Assembly: GCA_964587175.1 (NCBI GenBank)
Contig: CAZPKK010000017.1
Coordinates: 1-26,908 of the forward strand
Source: an uncultured Clostridium sp.
GTDB lineage: Bacteria; Bacillota; Clostridia; TANB77; CAG-508
Length of the DNA: 26,908 nucleotides
Direction of reading: 5' to 3'
Under the pieces are notes generated by a model, which was not told where the DNA came from, did not search any database, and was given only the letters and a program-made list of their open reading frames with translations. The position numbers were made by a program, and so were the translations under genes. Position 1 is the first letter of the stretch; the number at the start of each line of letters is the position of its first letter. Below, one piece after another: positions 18,206 through 26,278 of this stretch.

Positions 18206-19888
18206 TTGTTTTCTGATATTTTTTATTCAAACTCAGTAATTATTACATATGGAATTCAGCCTTTCGATATTTGCATTCAGAACCCTGAATTATGGAAATA
18301 TATAAAAATAGTATTTTTTATTACATATATTTTTTCTTCTTTTGTTATTTCGAATTTCTTATTTTTTGTGTTTTCTTTATTTTTCAGAAAAACAATTAGA
18401 ATTTTTGACAAGTTTTTCTCTAAATTAAAAGTCAAAAAAAATAATTACACAAATAAAAAGCAAAAAAATATTTTACCAAAAAAAGATTTATCTATTTTTG
18501 TTGGAAATGATTTTGAAAAAAATCTTCCGATTTATTTGCCAGAAAAGAGTTTATATCAAAATGTTTTAATTACAGGAACTATAGGTACTGGAAAAACAAG
18601 TAGTGCAATGTACCCATTCACTAAGCAATTAATAGAATATTACTGCGAAAATAATTTACGAAAAATAGGAATGCTTGTGTTGGATGTAAAAGGAAATTAT
18701 TATAGAAAAGTATCTGAATTTGCGAAAAATTGTGGCAGAGAAAATGATTTAATTATAATTAGTCTTGGTGGAAAATATAAGTATAATCCACTTCATAAAC
18801 CAAATTTAAAACCATCTGTTATAGCAAATAGATTAAAAAGTATCTTGCTTTTATTTTCTCCAAATAATTCTGAGTCTTATTGGTTAGATAAAGTAGAACA
18901 AGTTTTAACAGAATGTATTAAATTATGTAGGTTATATAATAATGGATATGTTACTTTTGAAGAAATACATAAATTAATTTCAGTTGATAATTATTACACA
19001 GAAAAAATAGAAATATTACGAGATAAATTCGTAAAAAATGAATTTTCAAAAGAGGATATATATAATTTACTCTCTTCTTTAACCTTTTTTCAAAAAGAAT
19101 TTTTTTCTTTAGATTTACGTACTCTATCTATTTTAAAATCTGAAATCACCCGAATAACTAATGTATTTGTTTCTGATTATGAAATTTATAAAACCTTTAA
19201 CCTTAAAGCAGAAGAGTTAAATTTTTATGGATTTGAAGATTTAATAAACAAAGGAAAAATAGTTGTACTTAATATGAATATTTCCGAATATAAAATTTTA
19301 TCTAAAATAATAGCAACATATTTAAAATTAGATTTCCAAACAGAAGTAATGGCAAGACTCTCAAATAACTTTCTAAACTCTACTAGAACAGTTGCTTTTA
19401 TTTCAGATGAATATCATGAATATTGTACTATTTCTGACAGTGAATTTTATGCTCAAAGTAGAGAGGCAAAATGTATTAATATAGTAGCAACTCAAAGCTA
19501 TACTTCTCTTTTGAATGCTTTAGATAATAAATATTCTGTAGAGGTAATTATTCAAAATTTGGTAAATAAATTTTGGTTTAGAACTGATGATATTTTTACA
19601 ATTGAAATTGTGCAGAAGCAAATTGGTAAAGAGGATAAAGAAAAATTGTTAAAAAGCATTTCAGAAAATGCAAAAGAAACAAACTATAGTTATATTTCCA
19701 ACTCATTAAATTCAACAGATTCTAGTATTTCCGAGAGTATTAGTAAACAAGTTTATTTTGAATATGTTTATGACACAAAATTTTTTACACAAGAATTAGA
19801 AAATTTTTGTGCTCTTTCTTTTTTATCTGATGGAAGTAAAATTCTAAAGCCACAAAAGATTAGGCTCAAGCCTTATTTTGAAAAATAA
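18206..19888 (+). CDS. T4SS coupling-protein-like P-loop NTPase (TraD/TraG/VirD4-type) with an N-terminal TM region
   Basis: Walker A is LITGTIGTGKTSS. Walker B is VAFISDEYHEY, followed by AQSREAKCINIVATQSYTSL (the T4CP-like R...Q...L pattern). A hydrophobic N-terminus is present. The true start may lie upstream at about 18146 (see findings). Confidence 0.55.
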   Translation: MFSDIFYSNSVIITYGIQPFDICIQNPELWKYIKIVFFITYIFSSFVISNFLFFVFSLFFRKTIRIFDKFFSKLKVKKNNYTNKKQKNILPKKDLSIFVGNDFEKNLPIYLPEKSLYQNVLITGTIGTGKTSSAMYPFTKQLIEYYCENNLRKIGMLVLDVKGNYYRKVSEFAKNCGRENDLIIISLGGKYKYNPLHKPNLKPSVIANRLKSILLLFSPNNSESYWLDKVEQVLTECIKLCRLYNNGYVTFEEIHKLISVDNYYTEKIEILRDKFVKNEFSKEDIYNLLSSLTFFQKEFFSLDLRTLSILKSEITRITNVFVSDYEIYKTFNLKAEELNFYGFEDLINKGKIVVLNMNISEYKILSKIIATYLKLDFQTEVMARLSNNFLNSTRTVAFISDEYHEYCTISDSEFYAQSREAKCINIVATQSYTSLLNALDNKYSVEVIIQNLVNKFWFRTDDIFTIEIVQKQIGKEDKEKLLKSISENAKETNYSYISNSLNSTDSSISESISKQVYFEYVYDTKFFTQELENFCALSFLSDGSKILKPQKIRLKPYFEK

Positions 19889-19911
19889 ATTATATTTTAA
19901 GGAGGTACTTT

Positions 19912-20262
19912 ATGAAAAAACAAAAAATCAAATTTTTTTTTATTTTTATTTCATTTTTATTATTTATTTTATTTTTTACTTTTTCTATCCCTCAAGTTTT
20001 CGCTGGACTTTTTGATAGCACTCCTGAACTAGTATCTGTTTTAAATTCAGCTTTTGAAGATATTGAAGGTTGGCTTTTAACATTAGCCACCCCTGCCGCC
20101 GCTGTTGCTGTTGGAGTTGGTGTTTTTATGAAAAAATTTAGTTTTGGTGATGAAGAAAGAATTAAAACAGCAAAAAAATTGATTAGAGGATCATTATTTT
20201 CTTATGGTTTTATTCTTGCAATTAATTTAATTTTGTCTGCAATTCAGTCTTTAATTTCTTAA
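19912..20262 (+). CDS. VirB2/TrbC-like pilin-type small membrane protein
   Basis: Lys-rich n-region, then a hydrophobic signal sequence ending VFA|G. An Ala/Gly-rich helix (LATPAAAVAVGVGVFM) and a second C-terminal helix follow. RBS aaggaggt. The call rests on topology and context, not on an alignment. Confidence 0.5.
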   Translation: MKKQKIKFFFIFISFLLFILFFTFSIPQVFAGLFDSTPELVSVLNSAFEDIEGWLLTLATPAAAVAVGVGVFMKKFSFGDEERIKTAKKLIRGSLFSYGFILAINLILSAIQSLIS

Positions 20263-20280
20263 TTTTAAGGAGGTGCATTT

Positions 20281-21174
20281 TTGGAAGAAGCAACTACAAA
20301 TATATCTAATATTACCCAAGTTATTGTTGATACTATTAATAATTTATTATCTACATTATTTTCTTCTGTAGATAATAGTGTTTATGAAACATTAGACGAT
20401 TTAGCATTTATTAATGTTAATTCTTTTGATTCTTATTTTTTTAATAATATTTTCGGAGATAATAACAGTAATGGATTAATAATAATAGCAAATGCTTTAT
20501 TATTAGCAGTATGTATTTATTATTGTTTTAAGTTAATGTATTCATATTTTACAGGTGCACAAATTGAAAGACCATATCAGTTTGTTTTTAAGCTATTGAT
20601 TTTCGGAATTGTTATAAATAGTAGTCATTTTATTTGTGAAGGATTAATTTATTATAATTCTGTTATTTCTGCAGCAATTCGCGATGTTGGGAAAGAGTTT
20701 TTTGGGCAAGAAATATGTTTTTCTAATCTGATACAAAATTTGAATTCTATTATATCCATAGATTCTACTAGTTTTAGTGTGTTTTCTTTTGATGGATTAT
20801 TAAAAAGCTTGATTTCCATTAGTTTTATTAATTTACTTTTTTCTTATTCATTAAGATATATAATGCTTCAAGTTCTCTGTTTTCTTACACCTTTTTCTTT
20901 TTTAACTTTAATAAATCAGTCAACTTCTAGTTTTTTCAAGGCATGGCTTAAAATATTTTTATCTTTGCTTTTTCTTCAAACCTTTATTTCAATTATATTG
21001 TTAATCATTTTTGCTTTAGACTTTACTGACTCGGATATTACTTCTAAACTTTTATGTATAGGTTCAATATATGCTTTAATTAGGGCAAATTCATATGTTC
21101 AACATTTTATTGGTGGTATTTCTACTAATGTTTCACAAAATTTTAGTTCACTAATTAAAGCTAATATGAGTTAA
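20281..21174 (+). CDS. VirB6/TrbL-like polytopic membrane protein
   Basis: About six hydrophobic helices. A TTG start lies 5 nt after aaggaggtg, and the gene sits between the VirB2-like and VirB3-like genes. Confidence 0.45.
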   Translation: MEEATTNISNITQVIVDTINNLLSTLFSSVDNSVYETLDDLAFINVNSFDSYFFNNIFGDNNSNGLIIIANALLLAVCIYYCFKLMYSYFTGAQIERPYQFVFKLLIFGIVINSSHFICEGLIYYNSVISAAIRDVGKEFFGQEICFSNLIQNLNSIISIDSTSFSVFSFDGLLKSLISISFINLLFSYSLRYIMLQVLCFLTPFSFLTLINQSTSSFFKAWLKIFLSLLFLQTFISIILLIIFALDFTDSDITSKLLCIGSIYALIRANSYVQHFIGGISTNVSQNFSSLIKANMS

Positions 21175-21189
21175 AATAGGAGGTTTTTT

Positions 21190-21483
21190 ATGAAATTTAT
21201 TTTTCCACAAAATTATAATTTTAATAGTAAGCTTTTTGGTTTTATTGATTACTCTACTTTAATACTAAATATATTATGGGGATTAATAGTCTTTTCTATT
21301 GTATATTTTTTTATTCCAAATATTACTTTTAAAGTAGCAGTATTTATTGTTTTATTTTTACCTTTTGCATTATTTAGTATTATTGGTTTTAATAATGAAA
21401 AAATGATATATATAATAGTATATATTTTTAAATATATTAAATGTCAAAAGATTTATCTATATACTAAAAAAAATCAATTTTAA
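21190..21483 (+). CDS. VirB3-like small membrane protein (TcpE/PrgI-type)
   Basis: 97 aa with two hydrophobic helices after a short polar N-terminus. RBS taggaggt. The size, topology and position are typical of Firmicutes VirB3 analogues. Confidence 0.45.
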   Translation: MKFIFPQNYNFNSKLFGFIDYSTLILNILWGLIVFSIVYFFIPNITFKVAVFIVLFLPFALFSIIGFNNEKMIYIIVYIFKYIKCQKIYLYTKKNQF

Positions 21484-21554
21484 TAGGCTTTTTAATATAT
21501 TAAAATTTTTTTCAGTATATTCATCAAAAAAACGGTATTTTCCTATTTTTTACA

Positions 21555-21583
21555 TTGTAAAATTATATATAAAATGATATAAT
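21555..21583 (+). promoter_or_regulatory. Putative promoter of the DnaD-domain gene (extended -10)
   Basis: TTGTAA, a 17-nt spacer ending in TGa, then TATAAT. Confidence 0.45.
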
Positions 21584-21616
21584 CCTACTTGTACTTTTAA
21601 GAAGGGGGAATTTGTA

Positions 21617-22591
21617 ATGAAATTGGAAAATGCAGATTTATCATCATTATTTTCAAATACATTGTTACCAGATATATTTTTTTCTGAATATTTATCTGAA
21701 GCTAGTGGTGATTTTATAAAAGTATATTTATACATGGTATTTTTGTCTAAATATGAAAAAGATATAAAAATAAATGATTTATCTAAAAAATTAGTTCTCC
21801 CTGTAAAAACAATTCAAGATGCAGTTAAATATTGGGAAGATAAATGTTTAATTACTAAGAAAAATACTGGTTATATAATAAATAATATGCAAGAAATAGA
21901 ACTTCATAAATTATATAAACCAAAAACAGCTTTATCTGCAGAGCAACTACAAAAATCGGCCGAAAATCAAAAAAGAGCTAAAGCAATTGATTTTATTAAT
22001 AATAAATATTTTTCTGGTTTAATGCCTACTACTTGGTATCCAGAAATTGAGCTATGGTTTAAGAAATATAATTTCGACGAAGAAGTTATGATTGCTTTAT
22101 TTGGCTATTGTTTTGATAAATCTGCTTTACATAAAAATTATGTTCAAACTGTTGCAGAAGCATGGAATAAAAATAATATTAAAACTTTTAATGATTTAGA
22201 TGTTTATTATGAAAAACAAGAAAAAATAAATGTTATTGCTAAAAATATTTCTAAGAAATTAGGACTCTCTAGAGCTCTTACACAATATGAATATGCTTAT
22301 ATTGAAAAATGGATTATTGATTTTTGCTTTGGACTGGATATAATAGAAATAGCATTGAAAAGAACGACCTCTAAATCAAATCCTACTTTTGATTACTTGG
22401 ATAAACTATTAACAGATTGGCATGATAGAGGATTTAAAACAGTTAATGATGTGCAGAATTTCTTGGCAGAAATAAAAGAGAAAAATAAAAAAGTCAAAAA
22501 TCTTGAAAAACAAACTGGATATGATAAATATGATCAAAGAACTTATGATAATTTAGATAACTTATATGCAAATATAAAAAAGGTTAATTAG
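21617..22591 (+). CDS. DnaD-domain replication initiation/helicase-loading protein (Firmicutes DnaB/DnaD family)
   Basis: An N-terminal winged-helix-like region is followed by two DnaD-type repeats (YVQTVAEAWNKNNIKTFNDL and YLDKLLTDWHDRGFKTVNDV). It sits directly upstream of dnaI, as in the Bacillus dnaB-dnaI operon. Confidence 0.75.
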   Translation: MKLENADLSSLFSNTLLPDIFFSEYLSEASGDFIKVYLYMVFLSKYEKDIKINDLSKKLVLPVKTIQDAVKYWEDKCLITKKNTGYIINNMQEIELHKLYKPKTALSAEQLQKSAENQKRAKAIDFINNKYFSGLMPTTWYPEIELWFKKYNFDEEVMIALFGYCFDKSALHKNYVQTVAEAWNKNNIKTFNDLDVYYEKQEKINVIAKNISKKLGLSRALTQYEYAYIEKWIIDFCFGLDIIEIALKRTTSKSNPTFDYLDKLLTDWHDRGFKTVNDVQNFLAEIKEKNKKVKNLEKQTGYDKYDQRTYDNLDNLYANIKKVN

Positions 22592-22647
22592 TGGATTTTA
22601 TGCTTTTTACTAAAATAATTAAAATTCTAATTTAGAAAGGAATATTT

Positions 22648-23646
22648 ATGAGTAATACTGTTTTAAAAGATTTGTTGTCTCAATATAGCAAAAAGAAAAT
22701 TGATGCTGAGCAAGATGCTGAAAAAAGGAAGGAAGAATTATATAAAAAATATCCTAAGCTCCAAACAATTGATGACAAGCTAACGAAATTAGCAATTTCA
22801 ACAACAAAATCTTTAATTAATAATAATGATAAAACTTTATTAGATGAATTAAATAAAAATATATATTCATTAAAAGCAGAAAAAAATAAAATATTGAAAA
22901 ATAATAATATTTCAGAAGATTATTTTAAACCTCATTATGAATGTAGTATTTGCAAGGATTCAGGTTATGTTACTAATAGTGATTTCACTACTTCTATGTG
23001 TTCTTGTTTAAAGCAAAAACTATATGATGAACAATATAATAAATCTAATATGTCTAATTTAGATACTCAAAATTTTAATAATTTTTCTGATTTGTTCTAT
23101 TCAGATAAAGTAGATGAAAATAAATATCGTTCTAATATTTCTCCTAGAGAGAATATTAATTTGATTAAAAATATTTGCTTAAAATTCATAGATAATTTTG
23201 ATGATAAAAATCAGAAAAATCTATTATTTACTGGAAATACTGGACTTGGCAAAACTTTTTTGTCAAGTTGCATAGCTAATGAAATTATTAAAAAAGGAAA
23301 AAATGTTCTTTATCAAACTGCTCCGGTTATGCTGGATTCTATTATTGATTTTCGTTTTAATAAGCCTAACTCTACTAATATTTTAGAAAGCATATTAAAT
23401 GTGGATTTACTTATTATAGATGATTTAGGTACAGAATGTATGAATAATATGAAATTTACAGAAATATTTAATATAATAAATACTAGATTACTAAATCAAA
23501 TTAAAATTACTAAAACAATTATTTCTACTAATTTAAGTTTAAAAAATCTATATTCAAATTATGATGAACGAATTGTTTCTAGGATTGTTGGAAATTATGA
23601 TATCTGTTATTTTTTTGGAGATGATATTAGATTTAAAAAAAGATAA
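22648..23646 (+). CDS. dnaI: Primosomal helicase loader DnaI (DnaC/IstB-like AAA+)
   Basis: N-terminal Cys cluster CSICKDSGYV...MCSCLKQ (zinc module), Walker A GNTGLGKTF, Walker B LLIIDDLG. Confidence 0.8.
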   Translation: MSNTVLKDLLSQYSKKKIDAEQDAEKRKEELYKKYPKLQTIDDKLTKLAISTTKSLINNNDKTLLDELNKNIYSLKAEKNKILKNNNISEDYFKPHYECSICKDSGYVTNSDFTTSMCSCLKQKLYDEQYNKSNMSNLDTQNFNNFSDLFYSDKVDENKYRSNISPRENINLIKNICLKFIDNFDDKNQKNLLFTGNTGLGKTFLSSCIANEIIKKGKNVLYQTAPVMLDSIIDFRFNKPNSTNILESILNVDLLIIDDLGTECMNNMKFTEIFNIINTRLLNQIKITKTIISTNLSLKNLYSNYDERIVSRIVGNYDICYFFGDDIRFKKR

Positions 23647-23650
23647 GATA

Positions 23651-23685
23651 AAACGTAGGTAATATATTTTGCCTACGTTTTTTAC
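23651..23685 (+). terminator. Hairpin terminator between the convergent dnaI and gyrA genes
   Basis: aaacgtagg...cctacgttt stem followed by tttt. Confidence 0.7.
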
Positions 23686-23705
23686 TTTTAGTATAATTTA
23701 TGCTT

Positions 23706-26144
23706 TTATTTTTCTTCTTTATCTTCTGAAGAAATTGTTTCTATACTTACTACTTTTCCCTCATTAGTTCTCATTAAAGTTACTCCTTGTGTAGAACGAC
23801 CTAACACACTAATGTCTGAAACCTTTAATCTTATAATAGTTCCCGTATCTGTTATAAGCATCACATCTTCATCATCAGTTGCAATTCTAATTCCTACTAT
23901 ATTTCCTGTTTTAGGAGTTACCTTATATGTTATTACTCCTTTTCCTCCTCTAGTTTGTACTCTATATTCATCAAGTTCTGTTCTTTTTCCAAAACCATTT
24001 TCTGTTATTGCAAGAAGTGTACCTTTGCTTCCATTCACAATAGATTCCATACCAATTACAAAGTCTCCTTCATCAAGTCTAATGCCAATTACTCCTTGTG
24101 AAACTCTGCCCATTGGTCTTACGTCTTTTTCATCAAATGTAATACACATTCCTTTATGTGTTACTAATACTACATTATCTTCTCCATCTGTAAGCCTTAC
24201 ATCTATAAGTTCATCATCTTCTTTTAGTGTTATTCCAATTAGACCGCTTTTTCTTACAGAAATATATTCATTAAGCGATGTTTTCTTTATAATTCCATTT
24301 CTTGTTGCCATTAATAAATATTTTCCTTCTGCAAAATTAGCAATTGGAATAACTGCCGATATTTTTTCTCCTCCATCTAACATTAGAAGATTTACTATTG
24401 CTGTACCTTTAGCAGTCCTTCCTGCTTCTGGAATTTCATATCCTCTTAATCTATACACTTTTCCTTTATTACTAAAGAATAATATTGTATCATGTGTAGA
24501 ACAAGTAAATATTTCTTTTACAAAATCTTCTTCCCTTGTTGCAATTCCTGTTATTCCCTTTCCTCCTCTTTTTTGGCTTTTATATGTATCAATTGGCATC
24601 CTTTTTACATATCCAAAATGAGTTAAAGCAACAACACATTGTTCTTCTTTGATTAAGTCTTCTACATCAAATTCTCCTTCTGCCGCAACTATCTTTGTTT
24701 TTCTTTCATCTCCAAATTTGTCTTTAATTTCTAATAGTTCTTCTTTGATAATGTCATATACAAGCTTATCACTTGCAAGTATTGCTCTTAAATGTTCAAT
24801 TAATTTCATTAATTCTGCATATTCTTCTTCTATTTTTTCACGTTGCAAACCTGATAATGTTTTTAATCTCATATCTAATATTGCTTGTGCTTGTATATCA
24901 GAAAGACCAAATCTTTCCATTAATCTTTCCTTTGCATCATCATATGAATTTCTAATTATTTCAATTACTTCGTCAATATTGTCTAAAGCTATTTTTAATC
25001 CTTCTAAAATATGAGCTCTCGCCAAAGCCTTATCTAAATCAAACTGAGTTCTACGAAGGATTACTGTTTTTCTATGGTCTATATAGTATTCTAAACATTG
25101 TCTTAATGTTAATATTTTTGGTTCTCCATTAACCAATGCTAACATTATAATTCCAAAAGTATCTTGCATTTGAGTATATTTGTAAAGCTGATTTAAAATA
25201 ACTTGTGCATTTACATCTCTTTTCAATTCTACTACAACTCTTACTTTTTCTTCTCTGTCAGATTCATCTCTAACTTCTGAAATTCCTTCTACTTTTTTTT
25301 CTTTAACAAGATTTGCAATATGTTCAATAAGCTTTGCTTTATTTACTTGATATGGTAAAGATCTTACAACTATTCTTTGTTTATTTCCACTCATCTCTTC
25401 TATTTCAGCTTCTGCTCTCATTGTAACTTTTCCTTTACCAGTAGTATATGCTTGTTTTATTCCCTCTTTTCCTAAAATTAGTCCTTCTGTAGGAAAATCT
25501 GGACCTTTTATTATACTCATCAATTGTTCATCTGTTACATTGTCATCATCAATTATTTTAACAATGCCATTTACTACTTCTGTTAAATTATGTGGTGGTA
25601 TATTCGTAGCCATTCCTACTGCGATTCCTGAAGAACCATTTATTAATAGTGTTGGTATTTTAGATGGTAATACTGTTGGTTCTTGTAGTCTATCATCATA
25701 GTTAGGCATGAAATCAACTGTATTTTTTTCTATGTCTGTAAGCATTGTTTCAGCAATTTTTGACATTCTTGCTTCAGTATACCTCATAGCTGCTGGTGCG
25801 TCTCCATCAACAGATCCAAAATTTCCATGTCCATCTATTAATGGATATCTAAGTGAAAAATCTTGTGCCATTCTTACCATAGCATCATAAACAGATGCAT
25901 CTCCATGTGGATGATATCTTCCTAGAACAGAACCTACTGTGTTAGCACTTTTTCTATATGGCTTATCAGAGGTTATCCCATCTTCATACATAGCATATAA
26001 AATTCTTCTATGTACTGGTTTTAAACCATCTCTTACATCTGGAAGTGCACGAGAAACAATAACACTCATCGCATAATCTATATACGAATTTTTCATTTCT
26101 GTCTCTATGTTTCTTTCGATAATTTTTCCTTCATTTTCTTCCAT
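23706..26144 (-). CDS. gyrA: DNA gyrase subunit A
   Basis: [32 protein letters not shown] (the QRDR region), [10 protein letters not shown] (catalytic Tyr) and a GyrA-box QKRGGKG in the C-terminal domain. Length 812 aa. Confidence 0.95.
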   Translation of the reverse strand: MEENEGKIIERNIETEMKNSYIDYAMSVIVSRALPDVRDGLKPVHRRILYAMYEDGITSDKPYRKSANTVGSVLGRYHPHGDASVYDAMVRMAQDFSLRYPLIDGHGNFGSVDGDAPAAMRYTEARMSKIAETMLTDIEKNTVDFMPNYDDRLQEPTVLPSKIPTLLINGSSGIAVGMATNIPPHNLTEVVNGIVKIIDDDNVTDEQLMSIIKGPDFPTEGLILGKEGIKQAYTTGKGKVTMRAEAEIEEMSGNKQRIVVRSLPYQVNKAKLIEHIANLVKEKKVEGISEVRDESDREEKVRVVVELKRDVNAQVILNQLYKYTQMQDTFGIIMLALVNGEPKILTLRQCLEYYIDHRKTVILRRTQFDLDKALARAHILEGLKIALDNIDEVIEIIRNSYDDAKERLMERFGLSDIQAQAILDMRLKTLSGLQREKIEEEYAELMKLIEHLRAILASDKLVYDIIKEELLEIKDKFGDERKTKIVAAEGEFDVEDLIKEEQCVVALTHFGYVKRMPIDTYKSQKRGGKGITGIATREEDFVKEIFTCSTHDTILFFSNKGKVYRLRGYEIPEAGRTAKGTAIVNLLMLDGGEKISAVIPIANFAEGKYLLMATRNGIIKKTSLNEYISVRKSGLIGITLKEDDELIDVRLTDGEDNVVLVTHKGMCITFDEKDVRPMGRVSQGVIGIRLDEGDFVIGMESIVNGSKGTLLAITENGFGKRTELDEYRVQTRGGKGVITYKVTPKTGNIVGIRIATDDEDVMLITDTGTIIRLKVSDISVLGRSTQGVTLMRTNEGKVVSIETISSEDKEEK

Positions 26145-26190
26145 TCTTATTATTCCGTCCTTTCAAAAATGTTCTAATAATTACTCTTGT

Positions 26191-26219
26191 ATTATACTAA
26201 AACTTCCTTTGTTTTGCAA
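26191..26219 (-). promoter_or_regulatory. Sigma-70-type promoter dedicated to gyrA
   Basis: The minus strand reads TTGCAA, a 17-nt spacer, then TATAAT, about 45 nt upstream of the gyrA ATG. Confidence 0.55.
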
Positions 26220-26221
26220 GC

Positions 26222-26252
26222 AAAAAGGGCTAATTCTTTTTTAAATTAGCCC
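26222..26252 (-). terminator. Rho-independent terminator of the VR-bearing gene
   Basis: Minus-strand stem gggctaatt/aattagccc followed by ttttt. Confidence 0.7.
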
Positions 26253-26278
26253 AAAGATTTAGATTAGAAAAATAAAAT

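Noticed and set aside
21617-23646. The DnaD-domain and DnaC-like genes as the replication module of the adjacent T4SS-like element
   Set aside because: The loader has the N-terminal Cys4 zinc module and the length of chromosomal DnaI. The partner has the winged-helix plus two DnaD-repeat layout of Firmicutes DnaB. The pair has its own promoter. It is most simply read as the housekeeping dnaB-dnaI operon, although element origin is not fully excluded.
23812-24621. A 269-aa plus-strand ORF (with other antisense ORFs at 24649-25014 and 25708-25890) inside gyrA
   Set aside because: It is antisense to an unambiguous gyrA. The product is a low-complexity Ser/Phe/Leu/Ile-rich sequence typical of antisense frames in AT-rich genes. 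No RBS is present.
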